Positions 24,801 to 36,228 of a DNA stretch of 36,228 nt are shown here, in pieces (the stretch's first letter is position 1; each line of letters opens with the position of its first letter). This DNA is from Octopus bimaculoides (lineage: Eukaryota). The notes below the pieces were generated by a model. That model was not told the origin of the DNA. It was given only the letters and a program-made list of their open reading frames with translations, and ran no database searches. Both the position numbers and the translations under genes were made by a program. The stretch is taken from NCBI RefSeq assembly GCF_001194135.2, contig NC_069001.1, positions 29,633,509-29,669,736 on the forward strand, written 5' to 3'.

Positions 24801-25424
24801 ATATATATATATGGGCCTATGTGTGGGCCTATGTATACACAGACGTTTGCATACTTACGACATTAGGGGAAACAATATTATCCTTCTTAATCACATTCAG
24901 TGATAACAATTTCAACCGTTATAGGATTTGAAATCGTAGCACCGTGACACAAATATCGAGCTTAGATATCTGCTTACAATTCCGGAAACAATATCATGTG
25001 AACATAATGCGATCTCCCATTTCTTTCACACAGAACACCTATCATACATTAAACCACATTATGTAGCAATATGTAGGACACCATCGTAATGTTTACGTAT
25101 CATTTCACTCGATGTATGTAATTTGTATAATGCCACAATTCACCTTGCAACACTTTTTTTTAAAAATAGGACTGACAATTACTTTAAGCTGAAAAACAAC
25201 ATCGAGCTTAGTCGTATTTGTCATTGTTTAAGTCAAGCTCCTTACACAATCACGAACAGAAAGCAACAAATTTGCCTTAAGCTTCCAATTGTCGATGAAG
25301 AACAAATGCACAATAAAACTGACATGGATTTGGAAGTTTTCTGATAAGAAAAGCACACAAGCAAGAAACAATACGTGAAATGGCCTTTCCTACATGTATG
25401 CGTGTTTGTGTGGGTGCACGCTGT

Positions 25425-25453
25425 GCCTACATATGTATGTATATATGCACGTA

Positions 25454-25517
<64 letters not shown>

Positions 25518-25754
25518 TATGTATACACAAACAACATATACACACACACACACGTGTATTATATGTATAGATGTGTGTGTGTATGTGTATGCAAGCACAA
25601 ACAACCTACACCCATATTACAGTTATCAATATACACATGCATACATATATGCACAAATACATGCAAACACACACACATGTAAACATGTGTTTATATATAT
25701 TTATGTATTTAAGTATTCTATATACATCTATATACATACACATAAACATGCACA

Positions 25755-25790
<36 letters not shown>

Positions 25791-26262
25791 NNNNNNNNNN
25801 NNNNNNNNNNNNNNNNNNNNNNNNNNNNNNNNNNNNNNNNNNNNNNNNNNNNNNNNNNNNNNNNNNNNNNNNNNNNNNNNNNNNNNNNNNNNNNNNNNNN
25901 NNNNNNNNNNNNNNNNNNNNNNNNNNNNNNNNNNNNNNNNNNNNNNNNNNNNNNNNNNNNNNNNNNNNNNNNNNNNNNNNNNNNNNNNNNNNNNNNNNNN
26001 NNNNNNNNNNNNNNNNNNNNNNNNNNNNNNNNNNNNNNNNNNNNNNNNNNNNNNNNNNNNNNNNNNNNNNNNNNNNNNNNNNNNNNNNNNNNNNNNNNNN
26101 NNNNNNNNNNNNNNNNNNNNNNNNNNNNNNNNNNNNNNNNNNNNNNNNNNNNNNNNNNNNNNNNNNNNNNNNNNNNNNNNNNNNNNNNNNNNNNNNNNNN
26201 NNNNNNNNNNNNNNNNNNNNNNNNNNNNNNNNNNNNNNNNNNNNNNNNNNNNNNNNNNNNNN

Positions 26263-26297
<35 letters not shown>

Positions 26298-26300
26298 GCA
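25425..26300. repeat. (TA)n/(CA)-rich complex spanning gap 25791-26262
   Basis: Direct reading. Confidence 0.9.
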
Positions 26301-27642
26301 GAGAGAGAGGTAGACAGACATACATATCTATGTTTTTCTTTGTGAGCAAAAAAGAAACGTCAGCATAGAACATGCTTCAAAACAAATTCAGTTTCCCCTG
26401 TCAAATGTAATGTTTAATCCCGATAAAAGTAGAAATCAATACTTTCTGATCTCAATAATATTTACACAAACACTTGTAGTCTTCGCAACTGGTGTAAATA
26501 AGAGACGGGCTTAGTTTGCTCATTGCCAAACGTAGCTTATGATCTGACCTATGTTTGATTAATTTCAAGAACATAAAATACTTCACTAGCCTTCACATCA
26601 TTTCATTGGAAGCAATCGGTTTTAAAACTGCTAAAGGCATACGTTAAGTCATTTTGTAAAGCTATGCGTGTGAGCCTCAAATCAGGTGTAATGTACAAGC
26701 TTGAATACAGCACATTTATGCATACATATATACGTAGATACAATCATACATAGATACATACATACAAACGTACGTTTATAAAAATATGTATGTGTGTATA
26801 TATTTGTCTATCTATCTACTTATCTATCTATCTGATTGATAGACATATTTACCTATACACATGCACATTGATATATATATNNNNNNNNNNNNNNNNNNNN
26901 NNNNNNNNNNNNNNNNNNNNNNNNNNNNNNNNNNNNNNNNNNNNNNNNNNNNNNNNNNNNNNNNNNNNNNNNNNNNNNNNNNNNNNNNNNNNNNNNNNNN
27001 NNNNNNNNNNNNNNNNNNNNNNNNNNNNNNNNNNNNNNNNNNNNNNNNNNNNNNNNNNNNNNNNNNNNNNNNNNNNNNNNNNNNNNNNNNNNNNNNNNNN
27101 NNNNNNNNNNNNNNNNNNNNNNNNNNNNNNNNNNNNNNNNNNNNNNNNNNNNNNNNNNNNNNNNNNNNNNNNNNNNNNNNNNNNNNNNNNNNNNNNNNNN
27201 NNNNNNNNNNNNNNNNNNNNNNNNNNNNNNNNNNNNNNNNNNNNNNNNNNNNNNNNNNNNNNNNNNNNNNNNNNNNNNNNNNNNNNNNNNNNNNNNNNNN
27301 NNNNNNNNNNNNNNNNNNNNNNNNNNNNNNNNNNNNNNNNNNNNNNNNNNNNNNNNNNNNNNNNNNNNNNNNNNNNNNNNNNNNNNNNNNNNNNNNNNNN
27401 NNNNNNNNNNNNNNNNNNNNNNNNNNNNNNNNNNNNNNNNNNNNNNNNNNNNNNNNNNNNNNNNNNNNNNNNNNNNNNNNNNNNNNNNNNNNNNNNNNNN
27501 NNNNNNNNNNNNNNNNNNNNNNNNNNNNNNNNNNNNNNNNNNNNNNNNNNNNNNNNNNNNNNNNNNNNNNNNNNNNNNNNNNNNNNNNNNNNNNNNNNNN
27601 NNNNNNNNNNNNNNNNNNNNNNNNNNNNNNNNNNNNNNNNNN

Positions 27643-27911
27643 ACGTGGCTCCGGCAGGGGATGGTGGTGAACCCTGCTGTACTCTTCCACCACAACTTTC
27701 TCTCACTCTTTCTTCCTGTTTCTGTTGTACCTGTAATTCAAAGGGTCAGCCTTGTCATACTGTGTCACGCTGAATATCCCCGTGAACTACGTTAAGGGTA
27801 CACGTGTCTGTGGAGTGCTCAGCCACTTGCACGTTAATTTCACGAACAAGCTGTTCCGTTGATCGGATCGACTGGAATCCTCGACGTCATAAGCGACGGA
27901 GTGCCAACAAC
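27643..27911 (+). mobile_element. 3' part of a SINE, possibly carrying a Deu/Nin-type central domain; 5' part lost in gap 26881-27642
   Basis: GC-richer block emerging from the gap. ggcaggggatggtggtgaaccctgctg...ctgttgtacctgt resembles my recollection of the Deu/Nin domain. It ends in gacggagtgccaacaac, a short (CAA) tail. Confidence 0.5.
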
Positions 27912-28763
27912 TCTGTTAAAGAACACTCAGGCCAGTTTGTTCTGGGGACAATTAAATGATTCTAACAGAGAAGAACCAATCAAATATGTCATTGCATCTT
28001 GTCTGACACTCTATCCAATTTAACAAGCTCAAAACTAATCTTTAATCTTACGTGTATGTGGATGAGATGGCTACGATCTGAGATCTGGGATTAATGGTAG
28101 TTACAATGTTTTACTGGACGTCTTAGACATTGAATTTGATCACAGTAATAATGAGATACTTGTTTTTTCGTGGATAAATAAAATAATCTTTCTGGTCTCT
28201 ACAAAATTTCACAGGCGTCTTATGTTTTACCCGGTGTAATCAGTTCATGATCTTTGCGATGTGATTCCAAATTCTGTGACATTTACGAAAACCTTGCTGC
28301 AAAAAGAAAAAAAGATTTAATTTTCGTGAGACGACTAATGATGGTACACTAACCTTCAAACGGAGGAGTGAATCAAGGGAATTAAAATCAAGGCTACCCC
28401 AATCTGAGATCGCGTGGTGGGTAAACATGATAAAACCCCTAAATGGTATACATTGAAGTGTTTCCATTTATATTTGCATAACTTTCTACTCGTTTTTCTA
28501 ACGCCTATCATTGTTAATGTGCTCTGTCCTTATACCACTGTGACGCATTAAGTCGTTCAATAATGAACTTTCCATGAGTACTCGTCTGAAATATCTACAT
28601 AAGTTGGGATTCTGAAAGGGATGACAAAAGGCCTGCGCGCTCCATACAGGCACCAATACAAATACTCATACGTGCTTGTATGGATGCATCGCTGTGAATG
28701 CTATATGACAAGTTGATGAAAGAGCAAACAATACATACATATATAGTTATATATATATATACA

Positions 28764-28764
<1 letters not shown>

Positions 28765-28849
<85 letters not shown>

Positions 28850-28867
28850 TGTATGTGTGTGTGTGTG
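28765..28867. repeat. (TG)n microsatellite
   Basis: Direct reading. Confidence 0.95.
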
Positions 28868-29289
28868 CTACTGTACCTGTGGATACGAATTTCAATTTGT
28901 GATAATGTAAACATTTTCTAACAAGGCTATAGACCGGCGTATACATGTAATTATTTATTCCTTATCTCTCCTTTCTATTATAACTGAAAATATATTTAAA
29001 GGAATACATGCAAGTATCCCTTATCACTTGTCCAATTCGTTCACTTTTATGTCTTCTACATTAATTATCTAAATCCTTAGATAATATTCTTACAGGGTTT
29101 CTAATTTAAAAGCTATGATTATTAATTCAGACATAAAAATTAGATAGCAAATTGCGATTTCATCTGCACTGTGTCCCTAATGTACCTCTCTCTCTCCCTT
29201 TGTCAATCTCTTTCTTGGTGTATGTCTCTCTCTCTCTCTCTCATACACACACTCCGTCCTGCCGTATATATGGATGTAAGTATGTTTAT

Positions 29290-29310
29290 ATATACATACA
29301 TATACATATG

Positions 29311-29368
<58 letters not shown>

Positions 29369-29784
29369 NNNNNNNNNNNNNNNNNNNNNNNNNNNNNNNN
29401 NNNNNNNNNNNNNNNNNNNNNNNNNNNNNNNNNNNNNNNNNNNNNNNNNNNNNNNNNNNNNNNNNNNNNNNNNNNNNNNNNNNNNNNNNNNNNNNNNNNN
29501 NNNNNNNNNNNNNNNNNNNNNNNNNNNNNNNNNNNNNNNNNNNNNNNNNNNNNNNNNNNNNNNNNNNNNNNNNNNNNNNNNNNNNNNNNNNNNNNNNNNN
29601 NNNNNNNNNNNNNNNNNNNNNNNNNNNNNNNNNNNNNNNNNNNNNNNNNNNNNNNNNNNNNNNNNNNNNNNNNNNNNNNNNNNNNNNNNNNNNNNNNNNN
29701 NNNNNNNNNNNNNNNNNNNNNNNNNNNNNNNNNNNNNNNNNNNNNNNNNNNNNNNNNNNNNNNNNNNNNNNNNNNNNNNNNNNN

Positions 29785-29822
<38 letters not shown>

Positions 29823-29830
29823 TGTATGTA
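29290..29830. repeat. (TA)n spanning gap 29369-29784
   Basis: Direct reading. Confidence 0.95.
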
Positions 29831-30800
29831 TATCACAGTATTCAGTCTATTCTGTTGTACATAGCGTATAGAAGAATATTCTTGGAGCAACAGAGCAGTT
29901 GTAATTAAATTATAGGAACTTGCGCAAGTAGACTTAAAGGCTGTATTGATTGTTCTTTATCCTATGTGATCAGTGATCCCAATGTTCAGAAGGTAGCGGA
30001 CTTGCAGTCTCACAGCATTGAACATATGGTTAGCCAGCCATCGAGTGGATGTAATAAAATTCGTTTCTGCACGGGAGATGATATATAAATTGTATATAAT
30101 CAGATCTTTATATCTGCAGTAGATTTCTCTGACTGTTACAACGTAAAATCGCAGTATATGTTTGGAAAGAGTCTTATGGGCGACAATAGATTTTTATAAC
30201 CGTAATGTCTTACTGCACACACACATGCGAACTCACACACAAACACACACATATACAGACACATATACACACACGTACGCTCACATCGTACACAACACAT
30301 GCGCATACATACAGAGCGCATGTGTGAGTAAGCGAGCGAGATAGAGAGAGAGAAAGAGAGAAGGGAAGAGAGAGATTCACAGATACACGTAATTGATTTA
30401 CAGAAAAATATACAAGCTGCAATGGTATGGGACTGTTTATAAATTTAATACTAACAAGAAACTAAAACACTTATGACAACATCGCTATGGAAATTTAGTA
30501 GACATGCTCCTCGGAGAAACGCCAAATTTCACAAATATATATAACTGCCAGGAAAATAGAGTTTTATGAAACAAAATACTGTTTTGTCAAATAGTCTAAA
30601 TGGAGAAATCAGTTGTATATAATCCGAAAAGTAAGTTAAGAAGAGGCTATTTACAGTTATAAGCAATAAACAATGTTCACTCAAAGAAATGGACACCAGT
30701 CATTAGATTTAATGCCCCCAAATATCAAAGACTTCATGATTTTAAACTTTTCGTTAAATGTTTCGTTAAATTTTCAAATTATAACTTTCCGGGAATTTTT

Positions 30801-31409
30801 GGATCTTTTTTAAAACGGGGGCCACATTTTTCATTAACGAAACACTTTGAAACTTGGAACACTGGTAGAATGTGTCATATAAAACATCTTTTTCTCTTAG
30901 TCTTCTTAAAAAAAAAAGAAATCCATAAATTATTCCATGTTAAAGTTGTCGTATTTCTGTAATTTCAACCAATCACTGACGTCCATTCAGCCGATATACA
31001 TTAAGTGCCGACTACATAAACAAACGATTCTGAAACAATTAACCCCAACCCTAATCCTAACTCTAACCCTAACCCTAACTCTAACCCTAACCCTAACCCT
31101 AGGGTTAGAGTTAGGGTTAGAGTTAGGGTTAGGGTTAAAGCAAATTTAAAATGAAAAAAAGCAAATAAAACGAAGAATCGTTTGTTTATGTAGTCGGCAC
31201 TTAATGTATATCGGCTGAATGGACGTCAGTGATTGGTTGAAATTATCGAAATAAGACAATTTTTTACATGAAATAGATTCGAATACAAAAATATTTTTCT
31301 GTTCTATAACACAAAATAGATAAGTATACGAAGTTTGAAAGTCTTTCGGTACCAAAAACACTATGTAAAACATTAATGAAAAATGTGGCCCCCGTTTTAA
31401 AAAAGATCC
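30801..31409. mobile_element. Non-autonomous foldback DNA transposon with central telomeric palindrome
   Basis: Perfect 37-bp TIRs (30801-30837 / 31373-31409, beginning GGATC), direct repeat GAATTTTT at 30793-30800 and 31410-31417, perfect 72-bp inner IR (30960-31031 / 31174-31245), no coding capacity. Confidence 0.85.
31041..31136. repeat. Interstitial telomeric-type repeat, 10 CCCTAA-type units then 6 TTAGGG-type units, with TTAGAG variants
   Basis: The strand switch is at ...aaccct|agggtt... (31100/31101). Confidence 0.95.
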
Positions 31410-31649
31410 GAATTTTTTAAATAAAACCATTGATTGGGGAAGGGTATTGATTAAGTTTTAATACGTGCGTGTGGCATAGTTTTAAATGAAATATTTTCCA
31501 CCCAGTGTTTTCTTATAGTCAACAGTATGAATTCACGTACGAGCATTTGCATAAGTTATAATTACTTGGGACATTCCAGTAGACTTTCTAATTGAGTTGG
31601 CGTTTGGATTACTGTAGATGATAATTCTACTACTACATTACTATACATC

Positions 31650-32558
31650 AAATACGATGGCTGTTGTGTCAACGCCCACAAGCGAAGAAGTAGGCTCGCC
31701 CAAGACATATACATAGAGGTTGTCTGACCGTGGTAGGAGTTGACTGACGGTGGACTGGCTGTTGAGTAGCCGCCGTGTAGCGGTTGAGTAGAGATCATCC
31801 GAAGGTGCTAGATAGCAGTAGCTTGAGACATAACAATAGCCTACCGTTATTCCGGATTTACGGAAATGACTATAAATAGCACATTTAACACACTCTACTG
31901 ATAACTGTTTACCACAGCTGACTGGTTTTCAGAATGCTGTCGATACCTGAAGAAAATTTAGAAGTTTGTTATGCAATAAAATTTGTGTTACAGTAGGCAA
32001 AAATGCTATAGAACCTTATGAAATGCTCTGAACTGATTATGGATATTCGTATGTGAGCCGAACATCTCGTTTTCGTTGGAAGACGCGAGCAACCAAAGCA
32101 TGTAAGACAGAAAACTCTTAATGATTACGTTTATCGAAAGGACTTGAATCCCTCTGTTCTATCTATGGCCAGCAAGGTGTACTGTGTGTAGGTAATCTGG
32201 GTGTTCAGGAAGATTTACGTTGCAAAAGGCCAGATCACTACTAACATGGACTAGTCCACAATTCCATCCCAGTAAACAGGTGCTTGGTAGAGATTGGCAA
32301 AAACATCGTTCCTCATCCTGCCGACCTTGCCTCTGACTTTTGGTTGGTCCGTAAGTTGAAAGCAGAGGTGAAGGAAGCGGTGACAGAAAACCTGGTTTGT
32401 TTAACATCCATAGGTCTACCACGAAATGTCTGGAATTCTACAACAACAGCTTCAATTCACAGAACCCTACCTTGAAGGAGGATATAATTTTGTATTTCTT
32501 GGAAATTAATAAATATTTGTGCTGAAAAACTGTCAAAACATCTGTTGTGAACCTCTTA
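31650..32558 (+). pseudogene. Decayed mariner (Tc1/mariner) transposon with fragmented transposase
   Basis: From 31934: MLSIPEENLEVCYAIKF, a frameshift, then CVTVGKNAIEPYEML*TDYGYSYVSRTSRFRW, matching the mariner N-terminal HTH pattern (IKFCVKLGK-A-ET-EML---YG---SR---F-W). Near 32310: PHPADLASDFWLVRKLK, matching PHPPYSPDLAPxDFWLFPKLK. Near 32468: YLEG, matching the terminal YFEG. The 5' boundary is approximate and TIRs were not resolved. Confidence 0.85.
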
Positions 32559-33201
32559 ATCAACATTTACTGTGATATCTCGAATGAGAATATAGATAAA
32601 GAGGCGTTGTGCCTTTATCAAAGTGTCGTAAATCACGAAGTAAGTTCCTTGCGATTCAATATAATTCATATTTTTCAAACTTTAGGCTACTGCAGTTAAG
32701 ACATTTTTATCTATAACTACAATGTCTGCCAAAAGATAAAGATATTTTAATCAGAAAAAATTCAAAAAAAAATATTACAGAAAAGAGACACGCGAGAAAA
32801 ATAATAAATCAAAGAACCTAATTTCTTTCTTAGAAAGAAAACCATTTTCAAAGTATATTTTAAAGGATACTCAGCACATTTCTCAGTCCAGACAGAAACG
32901 CTTTGAAGGTACAGCAGCTGATTTGCGACTTTGTTACTGCAACTAATTAATTATTCAAGAGAAAGCCTGACGTACCTAAATTTTTACATGAATATTAAAC
33001 ATTGTGCCATTATGACAATTGACCAGAAGTACAATTTAGCAGCATGTCGAGTCAAAAATATTATAAAATATTTAAAATAATAGGATTAAAGAAAATGACG
33101 CCAAGTATACGATTGAAAATGGCGTTCATGAAGATTCTGTCACGCGCGTTATTAATAATTATCATCATCAACATCATCAACATCAAAATCATCATCCTAA
33201 T

Positions 33202-33347
33202 TAAGGCGGTGAGTTGGCAGAACTATTAAAACATTGTATGTGCTTTGCGTGATTTCGACCATCATTCGGTTTTGAGTTCAAGTTCCGCTGAAGTCGACTT
33301 TGCCATTCATCCGCTTGTCGTCAATAAACTAAGTACCAGTTGAGCAT
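33202..33347 (+). mobile_element. SINE family 1, 3'-truncated
   Basis: taaggcggtgagttggcagaa...tttgagttcaagttccgctgaagtcgactttgccattcatcc...aagtaccagttgagca; preceded by an (ATC)n tract. Confidence 0.85.
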
Positions 33348-34183
33348 TTGTCCCAGTACATTAAAATCTTTCTTCGATTCCTGTGGAGGACAATTCTACC
33401 TAAGTGACGCCCTTGTATGCATGACAGCCTAAATTATTCCCCATAAACTCCCGAGTATTTTTTCTCAATTACAACACCCTATGTTTATCAGCTTTATTAG
33501 ATATATATTTACTTATGAAAGAAAATACATTCATTGCTTCAAATGTGAGAAAATCATAAAATATTTTGTATAAGCTAGGTCGTGTTTGTAAGGAGAAAAG
33601 AGTAGATGAATTAACACTTCTTTGAATTCCGAAACTGTTGATAGAAACAAAAGGATTATATATAAAAAAAAAAACATCTTTATATTCTTACAACTCAAGC
33701 TGATACAACAATTTTAGAAATATATTTTGAAAGGCTGGTAATTATCAACTTCAGTAATCGCAATTGATGAAATGCCAGTTATATAAGCTGATGGATGTGT
33801 CTGAGAGCGAGTGAGAGATGATTTACATCGAAAGAAATTGTTTAAATGCCAAAGAGAAAACCGCGGAAGTAACATAGTATATGCAGTATAACATATCCCG
33901 TTTTCTAGCGTCTCAACAAATATTTATCTATAAAATATGCACTTCTTTTAAACAAACACTCATACCTAGTCCATTGACTACGAGAAAAGACACCTTTTAT
34001 GACCAATACATTTTTCAATATAAAATTTTTGCAATACATTTTGTAAAATAATTATTTCTAGTTATAATAATAATAATGGGGTCCGTTTCTATTTTAATGA
34101 TGTTACACATGCCTGCAATAAATAATACGATCAATTTCAACCACATCAAAACTTAAAGTAGATGCATCGTACCTCTCAAAATG

Positions 34184-34320
<137 letters not shown>

Positions 34321-36127
34321 GATATACTCCGTCTACACACGTATTGGGTTATGTCTGTCAGCGAACAGTCTATGCATTATAGTGACCTTCCAGATACACC
34401 AATGTTCGATACTTTTTTCAAAAGGATGTTATGATCCATCCTGTCAAAGGGCTTGCTATCCACTAAAGCTTAGCTGAAAATAAACTTTGTTGTAGCATTT
34501 GAGAAGGAATGTAGGGAAGTAACTTCGAATATGGCGTATGCTATTTTTTTAGCTAGGAAGGAACATAGACATTTATCTTAAACCGTAAGCAATTGCTACA
34601 AAAGATATTTTCATGAGACTGTTTGCTTGCGCTATGTTTACAAGACATTTGTTAAAATGTCACCTTCGAAAATAGCAAACAGCTGAACACGAAGAATACA
34701 TGTACAAATGGAAGAAATACAACGGAGGCTAAAATATTGCAGTCTGCAATAATATTCGTGTTTTAGCTTGCTACTTTTTATTTGTCTTTGGAAACAAGTA
34801 AAACAAGAAGTTATCATTGTAATGACTAACGCAATCATTTTATGATACATTTTTCGTTACAAAAAATTCTTCTCGGTTTTAAAAACAGAACATATTAATC
34901 GTAGATTATTACTCAATCCCCGGCGATCAATAAGCGTCCCCGGAGAAGTAACTTATTTTGGAAAACATTTTAAATAAAGTATTAAAATACGAACTATTTC
35001 AGCTTATTATGGTGTTTCCATGTTTGACTTTCTTGTCTTACGATAACCAATTGGTTTCTTATGTCTGCTATAAACAGCACTCGATTCTACGCGAAACCAA
35101 GCAAAATAAAATATGAGAATAATAATAATATTCGTCATCTTTATAACAAATCCGATCTAGCACATTGAGTTTCATCAAAGTGAATACATATGCATAAAAT
35201 AAGAAAAAAGAGAAGGGAGAAGAGGAATTAACAGGGTCTGGATATGAGGGAAGCTTAATAAATTAGAATCATGCCATATTGCAGTGTTACGCCTGAAGTA
35301 GGAGAACGCATGAATAAACAGGTAAATTGGCTAGAAAAATAATTGGTGGATTAATTTTTCTTTAGGTGTACCAAGGTGTATAAATAATGAGAAGAAAAAA
35401 CTAGTACTTAATTATAACAGGTTTCGCTAATAACTCTAGAAAAAGAATACTATTTATGGTTTCGTAAATAGAGCTAGTTAATATATCTCCATAAATATTA
35501 TTTATTTTTGAAGTGAAGTAAGCAAAAGGGGAAGTAAATAATAAGGACTTACAGTTGTCTCAGGGATATCCCATGTAATGGATCAATGCGCTTTTCCACA
35601 TTTTCATTCAATGGGTATTCCGTCATTAGAGACAGGGTATATACGCAGGAACATTATGATAGAAAATTTAATATGGAGAAAGTGTTCCTTCTATAAGTTT
35701 CTTCTTTATATACCTTGTCTCACAAAATGGAATATCCCGTGTATGGAAATGCGGATCAACGCATTGCTCTATCAGGTAAGATAACACAGAAAGACGTGTA
35801 GAACATTATTATTTATTTTGTATGTGTATTTCGTTTTATTTAGTTTTATTATTTAGTTTTACTTACTTCGATTCAACTCTATGATAATTAAAATAGCTTA
35901 AATGATCTGATAGGTATTCCTCCAAATGTTTTCCACCTCCATTAATATAAATATATATATTTGAATATCAAACTGAGTTAAATCCTTTGCTATTTTATAT
36001 ATATAAGGAATTTCATATAATCGAGGGAATTTATTTACATGGAGGAAAGATATATGTATTAATGGATCGTCTTTATTAAAATAATTTGTAGCGATTTTAA
36101 ATAATGTAATGCAAGACATTTTCTTAT

Positions 36128-36183
36128 ATGTATATATGTGTGTGTGTTTGTTTGTGTACTTACGTGTGTGTTTCTGTGTGCGT

Positions 36184-36228
<45 letters not shown>
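36128..36228. repeat. (TG)/(TA)n tract running to the window end
   Basis: Direct reading. Confidence 0.9.

Noticed and set aside
26790-27773. Long ORFs of 269-327 aa
   Set aside because: Almost entirely X residues from the 26881-27642 gap.
28187-28460. GPCR-like C-terminal tail (HLRKPCCKKKK) on the plus strand, and a 66-nt minus-strand exon 28296-28231
   Set aside because: The plus frame has two stops and no convincing TM7/NPxxY motif. The minus candidate has a good acceptor but a weak donor and stops in all frames.
29909-30088. Cys-containing open stretch (GTCASRLKGCIDCSLSYV...)
   Set aside because: Weak splice sites and no recognisable domain spacing; within chance expectation.
31041-31136. 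Ancient telomere-telomere fusion site
   Set aside because: The polarity is (CCCTAA)n then (TTAGGG)n, opposite to a fusion, and the array sits inside TIRs with a TSD.
2109-33347. Strand bias of family-1 SINEs indicating host-gene orientation
   Set aside because: At least four antisense copies exist (10327, 11491, 18865, 22490), and half of the plus copies come from one array.
35271-35327. Another ATG-to-donor mini-exon (MPYCSVTPEVGERMNKQ)
   Set aside because: Weaker donor (GTAAAT); it mainly shows that such patterns arise by chance in this AT-rich DNA.

Overview
AT-rich, repeat-dense eukaryotic DNA with seven N-gaps, nearly all flanked by (TA)n or (TG)n tracts. The repeat content resembles an octopus (coleoid cephalopod) draft genome; this is an inference from recalled repeat families, not from a search. 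No protein-coding gene can be supported: the listed ORFs are microsatellite translations, N-gap artefacts or unrecognisable short ORFs. The window holds about a dozen copies of one tRNA-headed SINE family (both strands, including a four-copy tandem array), two copies of a second SINE family, a possible Deu/Nin-domain SINE, a LINE 3' remnant, a decayed mariner transposase and a Penelope-type fragment with a degenerate hammerhead-like motif. The most unusual structure is a 609-bp foldback element (30801-31409) with perfect 37-bp TIRs, an 8-bp target-site duplication, a perfect 72-bp inner inverted repeat and a central (CCCTAA)10|(TTAGGG)6 telomeric palindrome. Also notable are a divergent pair of tRNA-like Pol III units around a CCAAT/GC/TATA-like spacer (19474-19920) and a candidate non-coding minus-strand exon with strong splice sites (21401-21257). 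There is no CRISPR array, rRNA or intact tRNA.
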